Positions 24,568-36,589 of a stretch of DNA of 64,000 nucleotides are shown here, one piece after another. Source of the stretch: Camelus dromedarius (Eukaryota); NCBI RefSeq assembly GCF_036321535.1, contig NC_087436.1:84694001-84758000 (forward strand). Direction: 5' to 3'. Under the pieces are notes generated by a model that did not search any database, was not told the origin of the DNA, and saw nothing but the letters and a program-made list of their open reading frames with translations. Both the position numbers and the translations under genes were made by a program. How positions within the stretch are numbered: position 1 is the stretch's first letter; each line of letters opens with the position of its first letter.

Positions 24568-27500
24568 TCTAGATGATTTCAGATATTTCTCTTGACACTA
24601 GAAGTAATTTTAATAAAGGGAGTAAGAGATTAATAGATGCAAAGAGGCTTAGAAAAACTGTAAGGTATTTTCCTGGATATTCTCAATCTATTTATTCTCA
24701 TTCAAAAGTGTTTTTGCTTTTTTTTAACTTTTATTTTTTAACTCAATAGAGTTGGATCTGTAAACAATCAAGTAGGTCGTTTGATCTACTACTTTCAGAC
24801 TTACCCTGTTCTCACTAACAGAGCTGCTGTCCTACAAACGGAGAGGGAATCTAAGAATCTTTGAGACAGTGTAACTGCAGAATGAATGAGGCTTCTAAGA
24901 ACTTGTAACTTGAAAAAACTGTTAAAATGGGAGTTCAACAGAAATGACAAAGAAAGTTATGTGACAGCCACGTTATCTTCCACATATTAAGATAATGCTA
25001 TGAAACACAAACGTGCACATGCTTTTGGAATTGCTTCTCTAATTACTCAACATCCACTGAGAAAGATTCACGCTGCTCCTCCCACACCGTCTCGCTTATT
25101 AGTCCCTTTGTGATCAATGATCTGCCTTCGCCAGATGGCTGGTCTGGGTTAAGAGTACAATATGAGATCAGAGAACAAAGCAAAGCTAACTGGCCTTCCC
25201 AGGAACTGAACCTGTGACCCTGACCTCATTAACTCTAGAAAACAGTTAACCCATCACAGACATGCCCGGGCAGCTGCATCAGAAGGCGCGCCAAGCAAGC
25301 CCCCTCCGTCTGTCACAGTGATGCTCTGGTAGAGAAAAAGTCACTCTATATTTATTAAGAACTTTTCAAAAAGAAGAAAACCTGGAATGCAATCATTTAG
25401 GACAGCCTGGAAATCATCAGCAGTGTCTTACCAGCTCTGTTGAACCTGTCACAAGCTTCCCTAACTAAGAGCATCAGCTGTGGCCTCGACCTGAGACCAT
25501 AAATGGCTTTGACAATGGGGTTCTGATGTTTCCTCTTCCATGGGAACCATGGACTATCCTTTTCATTTCTCCCAAGTGAGGAAACTGTGGGTTAACAATT
25601 GTACACAAGAATTTTCACAGATTATTTAATGAATCTGGCTTATCCTAGATTTCAACAATAACTAAGTTTCTCTGTTGCCCCCTCTCCCTGCCTGCTCCCC
25701 TCCCCCATTAGTGCCGGCCAATCGCTCTCCAGGGACTGGAGCCAGGCTGTGGACCTCTGGGTGGGTTGGTCTTACCCTCCCTGGTGAAAAGACCAACACA
25801 TTTTTTTGCAAGTTTCCCTTCCCTTCTTGTTCCTGGGAATAATTTTTCTCAGCAGCTGGTATCTGCTCTAAATTCTATTCTAACAGCCTGTCTCTAGTGA
25901 GCTGAGTACTTACTTCCAATTTAAATACTTCCCAAAGTGTTTCAGGGAGGCAACTTCTATATCTTTTCCTCAAACATATTTAAAATAGTACCAGTTTTGG
26001 AAGCAAGTTTATTGAAATTTCCACGTAAGCCCCGAAATATACTATTTGAAAAATTCTACAAATATCTGGAAGAGCTGGTGATGATTTTAAAATCTGACTG
26101 AAAATATTTCTGCACTTCACTTTTGACAATTTTAAATGGCATCACCTTTCCACATATAAACTTACTAGACTATAAAAGCTATTATATATGGTTGTTCTAT
26201 TTGGCTTCTTAAATATTTCTGATAACATTAAGCATTTAGTGATTAAAGCATTTAACAACTCTTAAAGGTTTTATGCAGCTTCTATATTTCCACAGTTACT
26301 TAAGATAATTTTTAAATTTATGGATTAAGAGTTTGTAATTTTGCACTTCTCATATAACTTCAGAAACCACACATATATGTAAATCTAAAATATGCATATG
26401 TATCTGTCTCAAAGGCACTAGTACAAGTATATATCTAAATTGATTTTGCTCTTTTTATCTCTAAGAATTCTCACATCAAGAATAAAAGTAGTACAAAATG
26501 TAATGGGAATCCAGTGTACCTGCCTAAACAAAGAAAAATTACAGTGACCATTCAATAGCTGGAATATGCCTTGATGCTCACAAAAACTATACCAATCCAC
26601 TAGGGGTCAAGTGTTAGACAAAAGGAATAAATTAACAAAATAAGCATAAAACATAAGCTTATGACAACTGTACACAATTTCGTTAGGGGCAAAACGGTTT
26701 TTTGAGGGCTCATCTAAGGGTAAAATCTGATGTCCAACAATAAGTGAAACAATATACTCACTTTTATCTAATCTTATGAGAAATGATGACTGATGAAAAG
26801 AAGTATGTGGATTTTCAAACCACATAAACCATGAAACTGTTGTTCTTTGTCTAATAAGATTATCATGAGCTACACAAGCTCTAATATTTTAAAAAAATTA
26901 TCAGTTTTGAAAACCCTAACCTTAATTCAACAAATAAACTACACATACCATTGAAAGTTTAAAGCCCCATGTACAGAGAAGCTGTAATGCAAAAGCAGGA
27001 GCATATCTATGTATCTTTAAGCACCTGGTAATTATTTTATTTATAAGATACACTCCTACATGTCAACAGCAATATGCAAACTAGACACTGAAAGAGTCTG
27101 AGTCTGGAAGACATGAGTGTGAAAAGAAACAGTGAAATTTCCTTTCCACTGTCATGTAAAATTATCTACTTGTGTTTCTAAGTACTCCTTATAAAATACA
27201 GTTCCTTAATTCTTTCTCACAATATTTTTTAAAGAGGAAGAAAGTCCCAGAACTACTAAAAAATTAAAATTAAAATACTGCTAAAAATTTAAGAAACACG
27301 TGCAAAGAACTGAAATACAAAAAAAAAATTAATAGTACAATTAGTGGTGGTGTCTTACAAGTACTTAACAAAATAAATACTTTCACTGTCTGGTGATTTT
27401 GAAACAAATCAATATAATATAAAGTACACTTTGTAGCTCTTAAGTCTTCATTTTGTGCCTGAACAAAAGCTGACATTCATTTGTAATGAAGTCTTTTTAT

Positions 27501-27819
27501 AGTTACACAGCTATTTCATGTCTCTTCTGAAGATATATTAAAACTTCGGGTGCTCAATAAAACTGACCAATTAATTGACACTGTCATAAAAACTTGAGAA
27601 GCTATTCCAAAATATTTACATCAAAGTCAAAGTGAAATACTAGTCTAATACTAATGCTACCCAGTATGCTCTTACTTTACTAACTTCAAAATTTTCTTCA
27701 AATTGGTCCTTTCAAAGGAAACTACAAAAGATACACCCCAACACGTAAGTTCTCAAGACGCCATTCAAATTTATGTAAGAGAAGGAATGATGTATCTTCA
27801 GAAGTCACTGTGAGAGAAC

Positions 27820-28075
27820 ATCAGAACAGAGGGTTGGGGCTGAAAGTGCAGAGAGCTTTGGGGTCAAACAGAATTGTTTGAATTCTTGCTTCATCTCTCA
27901 CTAACTTTATGACCTTGGGCAAGTTCATAAAACCAGTCTGAGTCTTAATGTTAATTATCAAATGGAAACACAAGACATCCTTACAGGGCTGTTGCGAGCA
28001 CTAAATTAGATAACGTACACACACAGACTGCTCAGCACAGTACCTAGACCATAGTAAGTACTCCATATACAGTTA
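27820..28075 (+). mobile_element. MIR SINE
   Basis: gaccttgggcaagtt...cttacagggctgttgcgag...agcacagtacctagaccatagtaagtactc. Confidence 0.7.
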
Positions 28076-28225
28076 GAATTGCTAAGAAATGTTTAAGAAT
28101 CTATTTTCAGTATAATTTAATATTCAAATTCCAACTCATGTTGTCAATCATTAGAAGGGGAAAGTATAAAGATTAAATGATAGATTTTTCTTTAACGCAC
28201 TTATTAATCTGATTATCCTTTACAT

Positions 28226-28470
28226 TAGTGCTTTTCAAACTGCAGGTCCTGACGCATTAATGGGATGTGAAATCATTCAGTGTCTCTCATCCTAAATTTC
28301 TCAATAAAACAGAATGAAAAATATAAGAATGCACCGCACATAGGAAGTCTAAGTACTGATTCATGATTTTTTTTTAATTAAACACATTTGTAATGTATCA
28401 ATATACTGGATGGCAAAGTAAAAAGCATCTCTTATTGTGGCCCCCCCAAAAAAGTTTAAAAGTCACTGCT
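28226..28470. mobile_element. hAT-Charlie-type MITE
   Basis: Termini tagtgcttttcaaactg / agtttaaaagtcactg; related sequence at about 41610-41672. Confidence 0.55.
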
Positions 28471-28668
28471 TCATTATAAAAATAAGAATAAAAATAATTA
28501 GCCGACACTGAATGCTTAGTTTCTACTAGACTTTGTGCTAAGTACTTATATTTATTCATTCTCATGTTCAAATGTAGTCACCTGCCTCCAGAACTTGCAT
28601 ATTTAACCACTTCACTAAGTAGTAGCTTGTAAGATATAACTTCTCCTTAAAGTTATTCCAAAGGCAGG

Positions 28669-28791
28669 CTTTTGGGGGGTGATTAGGTTTATTTGTTTAT
28701 TTTTATTTAAAGAAGGTACTGGGGAATTAAACCCAGAACCTCATGCATGCTAAGCCTGCACTCTGCCAATTGAGCTATACTCTCCTTCCCC
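28669..28791 (-). mobile_element. Vic-1-type SINE
   Basis: ggtactggggaattaaacccagaacctcatgcatgctaagc...gagctatactctcc. Confidence 0.85.
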
Positions 28792-28854
28792 AAAGATAGA
28801 CTATTTCATGAGGCCTAACTCAAGAGAGATTTTCTGGAGGTGCAGTGTATCTTG

Positions 28855-29090
28855 GAGAAGACAGTGTGGTTCAGAGATGAAAGCATTAGGCTTGAGGTCC
28901 AGCTTCTGTCCCTGGCACTGTTGCTTCAGTAGTGAGGAGCTGGCAAGTCATTTAATCTCGCTGTGTCTGGATTTCCTCACCTACAAAACGGGAATGATAG
29001 CATCTGCCCTGCCTCCCCACAGGCCACTGTGAGAAAGTATTTGCACATATAACAAGTGAAATGTTCTACTGTGCTACTCAGTTATATGCG
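28855..29090 (+). mobile_element. MIR SINE
   Basis: ggcaagtcatttaatctc...tttcctcacctacaaaacgggaatgatag. Confidence 0.65.
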
Positions 29091-30689
29091 ATGATGATTA
29101 CTACGACCCAAGGGGCCCCATTCTTTATGGAAACATACATCACACAATCAAAAAAGGAAGATTACCAGGCTTTTATGAACTGTACTTGGAAACAGTCCGC
29201 ACAGTTCCTGGCACACAGTAGGCCTTCAGTAAGTATTGATTAAACTAAAAGAAGTAAACCAATTCGATCTGAATGTATGTTCTATCCATTTGCATTTTAT
29301 TTTTCATTAACTCATTCTTTCCTCAATTATTTATTGAACATCTAATATATGCCAGACTGGATAATTTCACATTAATTTCAATTAATTTTCCCAAAATTGT
29401 GTGAGAGAAAATTAGAAAATACAGCCTCCTTATCTAGCAATAATAATAACTTACATTTACTAAAGTGCTTCATAGTTTGGAAAGAACTATGTGGAAGCTT
29501 TTGTTTCTCATACCAATTACCTAAGTATGTCAGGTTAGTAATATTATCTTCCTGACTCCAAATTCAGCACTAAATGACTGCTAAGTCTTTAGAGTGAAAG
29601 TTTCTCCATTTCAAATCGCGTCTGGAAGAAAATACATTTTAATACTGGAAAGGACCAATCTAGTAGCCTGCTCTTTTTCCTTTCACATATCTGAGTTGAA
29701 GCAATGCAACCATTATCACCTATATAAGATGCATTTCTCACAATGCTTCTTTAAAAAACCTTGCCTTTGAAATTTTTTTCTTACAGGTTATTTTCTGTTG
29801 AATTTATTAAACTAGGATTCCGTTTTCCCACAGAATAAAGGCGGGAGTAGTGGAAGTGTCTTTCCTTTGTTGACTTTTTAAAATTACTCAAAATTGATTG
29901 CTGTTTTCAGATTCCTGACTCACATACAATGCCAAATACTTGTTAGCCATTTTATATATAATTCAACAACTACTATAGGTGATTTTTACAGGGAAACAAT
30001 AATTTAATGACAATTTGATGAACTGAAAATTGGTACAAGATATTTACTAAGAACCGTTTACTAAAATTGCCTTATCCTTTGTATTCTAACCACTCCCTCT
30101 CCATCACCACCACCCCCAACACACACGCACTCCCTCACCTACCCCAGATCAGTTTCCGGGCCATTATTCTTAAAACCATATTAAAATTTCACAACACATG
30201 GTTGTAGTTGCTAGGTTTTCTCCCCACTGTCACCCCGCCCAACCACGAAATTAATGTGTCTTTAAATATTTATTTTCTCTTAAAATGTAGAATTCAGAAA
30301 ATGATTACTATGCCTCTATTCTGAGAACATCTAAAATGTAAAAGTTTGCCCTTCTGTTTACTGATAAGGATGAATAAAGCCATACCCCACCCACCGTCTC
30401 GGTAGGGTTAGGAGGTCCAATCTCGCCACTACAGAGCTCTGCAAGAAAGGACGGTAATAGAACCAGGAAAACCATCGCAAGAACCCCTGGGAGAAGATAA
30501 GGAAAACACATTTTACACCACCAGCAGCGTGCAGTTTCCCAGCTCCAGCCTTTGTAAACAGGGAAAACCTTTGTCTTGCCTCAGAGCCATCAAACTGGTG
30601 GCTCATCAGAACTGGGGCAACAAGAGTTGGTGCGAGATGGCCTGGCAGAGGTTAAACAAAGCAATGCAGCTCTGGCGAGGGGAGGAGGC

Positions 30690-31700
30690 TGAGCCGGGTC
30701 AGCGTCCGTGATCCCAGACGGCGAGGTCTCTCTCTGACCCCGGCCTCTGCCCGCACCCGAGCCGGGGACCCCGGGGCAGGACGCCGCGGCGCGGGAAGGA
30801 CAGAGGGAATTAGAAGGTCCCACGCTCTCGGCAAGTTCCCGAGGGCGCACCCCGTCCTCAGGTTCCTCGCGTGGGATCCAAAGCGGCGCACACGACGCGC
30901 CGGTTCCTCGGGGAGGGTCTCCGCAGCACGCGCCGGGACACCGCCCCGAAGTCCACGGCCCGCCACGCCGAGCCCACACCCCTGGGGCAGCGGCAAGATC
31001 GAGGATCCCGGGGCGCCGCGGGGGCCTGGCCCGGGGGGTCGCGAGGGGAGGGGACAAGCCCGCCCGCTGCACCCATTGTCTGGCTCCGGCTGCGGGCCGA
31101 GAGGGCGCTCACCTGAGGTCCTGGTCAAGCGCCAGGGGTGGCAGAGCGGCCGGACGGCGACCCGCGATCCTGCGCGGGCGGCGAGCGCGGATGCACAGCC
31201 CGCGGCGGCTTCGCAGCACCAGCAGCCTCCGCAGCAGCACCGGCAGCGCACCCGCCTCTCAGGCGGCCGCGGCCTCCATTGCTCTCCCAGCCACCGCCAC
31301 CGCGCGGCACTGCGCGCCCGGCCCCGCGCGGCGTGGTCACATGCTCCGCCCGCGCCTCGGGCGCTCGGACCCGCGCCGCGGCCCCGCCCGGCTTCGCCGC
31401 TGGACAGCCGGGCCCTGGCGCGGAGCAGCTCCGAGTTCCCTTTCGCGCCCTCGAGGGAAGACGCGCGCCGGACCGCTCCCTTCCTTGAGGGGGGCGGGAT
31501 GCCCAGAAACCTGAGCCGGGCACCGGGAAGGGCGTGGGATTGGTCAGTGCCCTCCCCACCCCTGCGGGGGATGGCCCGAGGGTCGGCTGAACCCTGGGGT
31601 CTGAGGTGACTATGGCGGGCTCCCAGGGAGGGTCACTTGGCGCAAGAACCCGGGACCACCCCTCGGCATGCAAATCCAGCCGCTGGTACCTGGATCAGCC
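30690..31700. promoter_or_regulatory. CpG island promoter, TATA-less, with GC boxes, an E-box and a CCAAT box
   Basis: Abrupt GC- and CpG-rich kilobase in an AT-rich window; GC boxes at about 31381 and 31491; GTCACATG at about 31337; ATTGG at about 31539. Confidence 0.9.
31113..31320 (-). other. CRACD: Non-coding first exon, probably CRACD (KIAA1211)
   Basis: CAG|GTGAGC donor (GT at 31112-31111) inside the CpG island. Identity is inferred from the known mammalian order CEP135 then CRACD on the same strand. No CRACD coding sequence is in the window and the TSS is approximate. Confidence 0.65.
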
Positions 31701-33054
31701 GGAGACTAAGGAGAGCGACCTGGACTCCAGAGGGAGTTTCGCCCTGCAGAACCCCAACAGTGAGAAATGGCATTGGGACTCCGGAAAGTCAAACAAGTTG
31801 AAAGATGCCACACAGAAAGAGGCTCGAAACTGCTTTGCTGAGTCGCTGTATGTCTGAACAAAGTTACACTGACATTGAGCATTATTGGCCCCAGCCATGA
31901 TGAAATTAAACATTGACTTTGAAATTTTAATTTCAAATTTTAATTAATCATAATCTTTTCCTTTTATGGCCAAACTGGAAGCACTGAGACTTTTTCTCCA
32001 TGTTTTGCAGTGACTATTTCGATGGAACTTGGAAATCAGTTTCTGGTGATCTTTTCTTCACTCTGCCTGCAAAGATCCTAAAAATAATTCCGTGTCATTA
32101 TTAAACAAGAAATTGAAAACAAAGCAAAAAACAAAACAAAACAAATCATCTGTGACAAAAGATGCAGATGAAGGTTAACCCTAATAGGTATTCCATCTTA
32201 AGTCAGATGTCCCAATGCCAAAACAGGACTACTCTAAATTTAATGCAGGTACCTTACTTAAAGGAGCAACTTTGATACAGGGAGAATCTAGTGCTTATTG
32301 CCTTATCCAGCTGGGTTTTTCTAGCTAAACATTTTAATTAACTACTAGAGTAAAATATGGTTGTGTATTTTTGTAAATATAGGTATCATTGTTCAGTGCT
32401 TGCATATTCTAAATGATGTCTGCTTTATTTCAAATAAACATAATGAATTTTATAAAGGGTTAAGCAAGTTCCCTTTGATTTGATCTAGCAGCACTAGAAG
32501 CCAAAAATTAAATGTGTAGAACCTATGTAAATGGAGTCTTTTCTTGACTTATTATAGTCTTGCCAAAGACATGAATACACACTCTATAAAAATTCAGCTT
32601 TACATAAATCAAGTGTAAGTCTACTGTCTTTTAATTTTGCAGGGCAAGGAACACCCAATTATACACTCTTAAAATACTGAAAGAGTTATAGAGAATTTAT
32701 GCTCACATTAGAACTTTCTAGGTCTCATGGGCCTCACAAATCAGAAGTTATCAGGCACCACTTTTGACAGGTGCTACTTTTCCCCCTCACTTTGCAAAGA
32801 CCTTGGTTCACAGTTACCACATGTGGGGCTACGATAACAGTGTGGCAGGCACATCAAAGCAGGTCTCAGTCCCCTGTTCCACTTTTGGCATGCAAGGGCA
32901 TGCAAGACACGGATTTTCAGAGACCTTAACAATACAAAAGGAGGATGCAAAACGTTAAGAATTTTGAAAATCTTTAACCATTTAACTGCTATATTAGAAG
33001 TTACTGGTCAAAGAATATGCAAAAGAAATTATATAGTCATATTATGTAGTTAAA

Positions 33055-33273
33055 CCAGTACTCAAGTGTGGATAATTTTTCCTCTAAGAGACATTTGGCA
33101 GCATCTGGAGACATTTTTGGTTGTCACAACTGGTTGGTAGGTGCTACTACTGGCATCTAGTGGGTAGAGGCCAGAGATGCTGCTAAACATCCTACAATGC
33201 ACAGAACAATGCATCCCACAGCCAAGAATTATCTCGTCCAAAATGTCAGTAGTGCCAAGGCTGAGAAACCCTG
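33055..33273. mobile_element. MER20 hAT element
   Basis: ctggagacatttttggttgtcacaact...ggcatctagtgggtagaggccagagatgctgctaaacatcctacaatgcacag. Confidence 0.88.
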
Positions 33274-33319
33274 AGTTAGACCCTGGACTTCCAAAGCCTC
33301 AAGAGTCTATATCCCACCA

Positions 33320-33704
33320 TGTCTGCCACATCAAAATTAAAAACTTTTGTACTGCAAATAATATCCTCAAGGAAGTGAAAATATACCTCACAGAATGGGA
33401 AAATATACAGGTGGCCCTGAATTCTGAAAGTAGAGCATTCCTATGAGACCTTTCGTAAGTTGAAATAGTATAAAGCAAAGAAGCAATTACCTTAGAACAA
33501 TTCTTGCTAATAGATGCACAAGATAAACTGAGATTAAAGCACAGATGCTCACAGACACAGTTCAAAGTTATGGCAGCTGGATGCTGAGATGCTGAGTGTG
33601 GTTCTGGGGAGAAGGAGGTTGGCAATGCCACTGTCACTGCTTGGGATGTGTGCCTTTTCTAGAACAGCTTGCTGCAAAACCAACGCTGAACACTTTTTGC
33701 TTTT

Positions 33705-33735
<31 letters not shown>

Positions 33736-34865
33736 GTAAAAGCAAAAATCCTTCTTGGATTTCTTTTAGTTAGTAAAAACAGGTACTAATGTAGGACTTT
33801 GGTAAAAGTGAATGGCATCAAGCAAGCTTTTGAAGATTGGGGGATACCTGTATTTGCAAATCATATATGTATCTGATTAGGGACCTGCATGCAGAATATA
33901 TAAAGACCTTGTACAGTTCAACAGGTAAAAAGGGAAATATTCCACTTTTAAGATGGGCAAAGCATTGTAAACTGACTATACTTCAATAATAATACATTAA
34001 AAAAATAAAATGGGCAGAGGATCTCAATAGACATTTCTCCAACAAACATATACAAATGTCCATTAATAAGCAAGTGAAAAGGTGCTCAACACCATTAAGC
34101 ATCAGGGAAATGCAAATCAAAACCACAATGAAATACCACTTTACACCCACTAGGATAGAAATAATTTAAAAAGAAGATAGATAATAACAAGTGTTGGTGA
34201 GGATGTAGAAACATTGGAACCCTCACACATTGCAGGTGGTGATGTAAAATGGTGCAGCCACTTTGGGAAATAGCTGGCAGTTCCTAAATACGTTAAATGC
34301 GGAGTTACCATATGACCCAGAAATTCCACTCCTAAATATACACCCAAGAGAAGTGAAAGCATATATCCACACAAAACATGTACCTGAATGTTTATAGTAG
34401 CATTACTTATAATGGCCAAAAGTGGAAACAATCAAAATGTCCATCAACTAATTAATAGATTAAATGAAGGTGGTATTATCCATACAATGGAATATTCAAC
34501 AATAAAAGAAATGAGGTACTGATACATGCTACAACATGATGAACCATGAAGGTGTTACGCTAAATGAAAGAAGCCAGACGCAAAAGAGCACACACTGTAT
34601 GATTCCACTTGTATCAAATGTCCAGACAGGTAAATTTATAGAGACAGTAGTAGATTCATGGTTGCGGATGTTGAAGGGAAAATGGAGATCGACTCTTAAT
34701 AGGTATAGGGTTTCTTTCTAGGATGATGGAGATGTTCTAGAATTGATTGTGGTAATGGTTGCACAACCCTGTGACTGTACTAAAAATCATCAAATCATAC
34801 AATTTAAATGTGTGAATTTTATGGAGATATATAATTTATATCTCAATAAAGCTGTTAAAAAAGAA
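33320..34865 (+). mobile_element. L1MB/L1MC-like 3' fragment containing nested elements
   Basis: ORF2 C-terminal and 3'UTR motifs, split at aaaata|tttgcaaatcat by a Tigger element. Confidence 0.85.
33408..33850. mobile_element. Non-autonomous TcMar-Tigger element, subfamily not assigned
   Basis: TIR ends caggt / acctg with TA target duplication, inside L1 ORF2. Confidence 0.8.
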
Positions 34866-34869
34866 AAGA

Positions 34870-36575
34870 AAGCATAAGGAACAATATTAATATCTGATAC
34901 AAGAGATTTCAAAGTAAAGAGTACTAAATGCTAAAATAAAAGGTACAAACCAACAACAAAAATAACAGTCTTGAAAATTTATGTATCTAACAATAGAAAA
35001 TTTGAATTATTTAAACCAAAATGTGAAAGCAGTTATAAATCTGCTCTCATAGTGGGAGACTTTTTAACTTTTCTTAGAAATTGATCTCACATAGACAAAA
35101 ATAAATTTTTAGAAAATTGACAGGCTTGACCTAAAAGATATCAAGAAATGTGTATCTGGGGGAGGGTTTAGCTCAGGTGGTAGACTGCATCCTTAGCATG
35201 CAAGAGGTCCTGGGTTCAATCCCCAGTACCCGTTCTAAAAATAAATAAACCCAATTATCCCCCCCCCAAAAAGAAATGTGTATCCAACAAACAGAAAATA
35301 TGCATTCTGTACAAAACCATTTGGAACAGTCACAAAAATTTACCAAGTTTTAGTGCACCCCCCAAAAAACCTCAATAAATTCCAAACAACAAAATCCATG
35401 CACACCACATTCTTTGATTAAAATTCAATAAATTAGGAATTTGTAACAAAATCCTATGTGAAAAATTTAAAACTTCCTTTAAAGTAACTCATGTTAAAAA
35501 TAGGGTGATCTTACTTAGTGATTCATCCAAAACAGTCCCAGCTCACACCTATTATCCAGACAATATGTATATTTCACTCACAAAAGTATCCCAATTTGGA
35601 TGATAAATTATATAGTGACCCCAGTTTAAATAATCCAGAACTGAAATTGGAATCTAGAAAGTAATGACAAAAAATAATGACAAAATAGCCTAAAGTTCTT
35701 AGAGGAAATTTAAGAAAGATTAAAAGTAAACTGAATATATAACTCAAGAATGAAAGCAAATAAAAGCAAAGAAAGCAGAAGGAAGGAATGAAAGCAGAAG
35801 TTAATGAAACAGAAAACAAATCGGGGGGAGAGTATAGCTCAGTGGTAGAGCACATGCTTAGCATGCACAAGCTCCTATTCAATCCCCAGTACCTCCATTA
35901 AAACAAACAAACAAACCAACAAACCAAATTTACCACCCCCTGCCAAAAAAATAAACAAATCAAACAGTAGATTTGATCAGGAAAATTAAAAGTTGATTCC
36001 TAGGAAAAGGTCATTCAGTGAGGAGACACACAAAATAAATATTTCACAAGAAAAGAGAAATAATTAAGATATGGATTCCAGAAAAACTGAGTTTCCAAAA
36101 CTAACTTAAGAAAGGAGAGAAAATTGGAATAGATCAATATTTTTAGAAGAAACTGAGAAGGTGGTCAAATATTTTCTTCTAAAAAATACACCTACCCAGG
36201 TGATTTCATAAGTCATCTCTAACAAACTGTTAAGGAGACAATTTCTATGTAATGCCAAGAGTTCCAGGGCATGGGAAAAGAGATTTCACAACCCATTCTA
36301 GGAAGCTAGGATGACCATGACAACAAAGCTAGACAATGCTGTTTCCCTACAAAAGATAACTAAGGGCCAGTCCCACCTATGAGTATAGAGGAAAAATCCA
36401 AATTAAATGCTAGAAAATCAAAACCAGCGGTGTATTAACAATAATATTACAATTCTGGAAATGGATAGTGGTGACAGTTCTACAACATTGGGAATGTATT
36501 TAATGCCACTGAATTGTACGCTTAAAAATTGTTAAAATAGTAAATTTTATGTGTATTTTACCACAAGAGAAAACA
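34870..36575 (+). mobile_element. Highly decayed L1 ORF2 fragments with two Vic-1 SINEs (35158-35270, 35823-35952)
   Basis: Degenerate L1 endonuclease/ORF2 motifs; SINE TSDs aagaaatgtgtatc and aaacaaatc. Confidence 0.7.
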
Positions 36576-36589
36576 ATGAACATTACAAG

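Noticed and set aside
31220..31252. REST/RE1 site (gcagcacc ggcagcgc)
   Set aside because: Half-sites are degenerate and wrongly spaced; better explained as a GCA-rich tract.
30590..31673. Long overlapping ORFs of 107-199 aa in the CpG island
   Set aside because: They occur on both strands, are low-complexity R/P/A/G, and are explained by stop-codon scarcity in GC-rich DNA.
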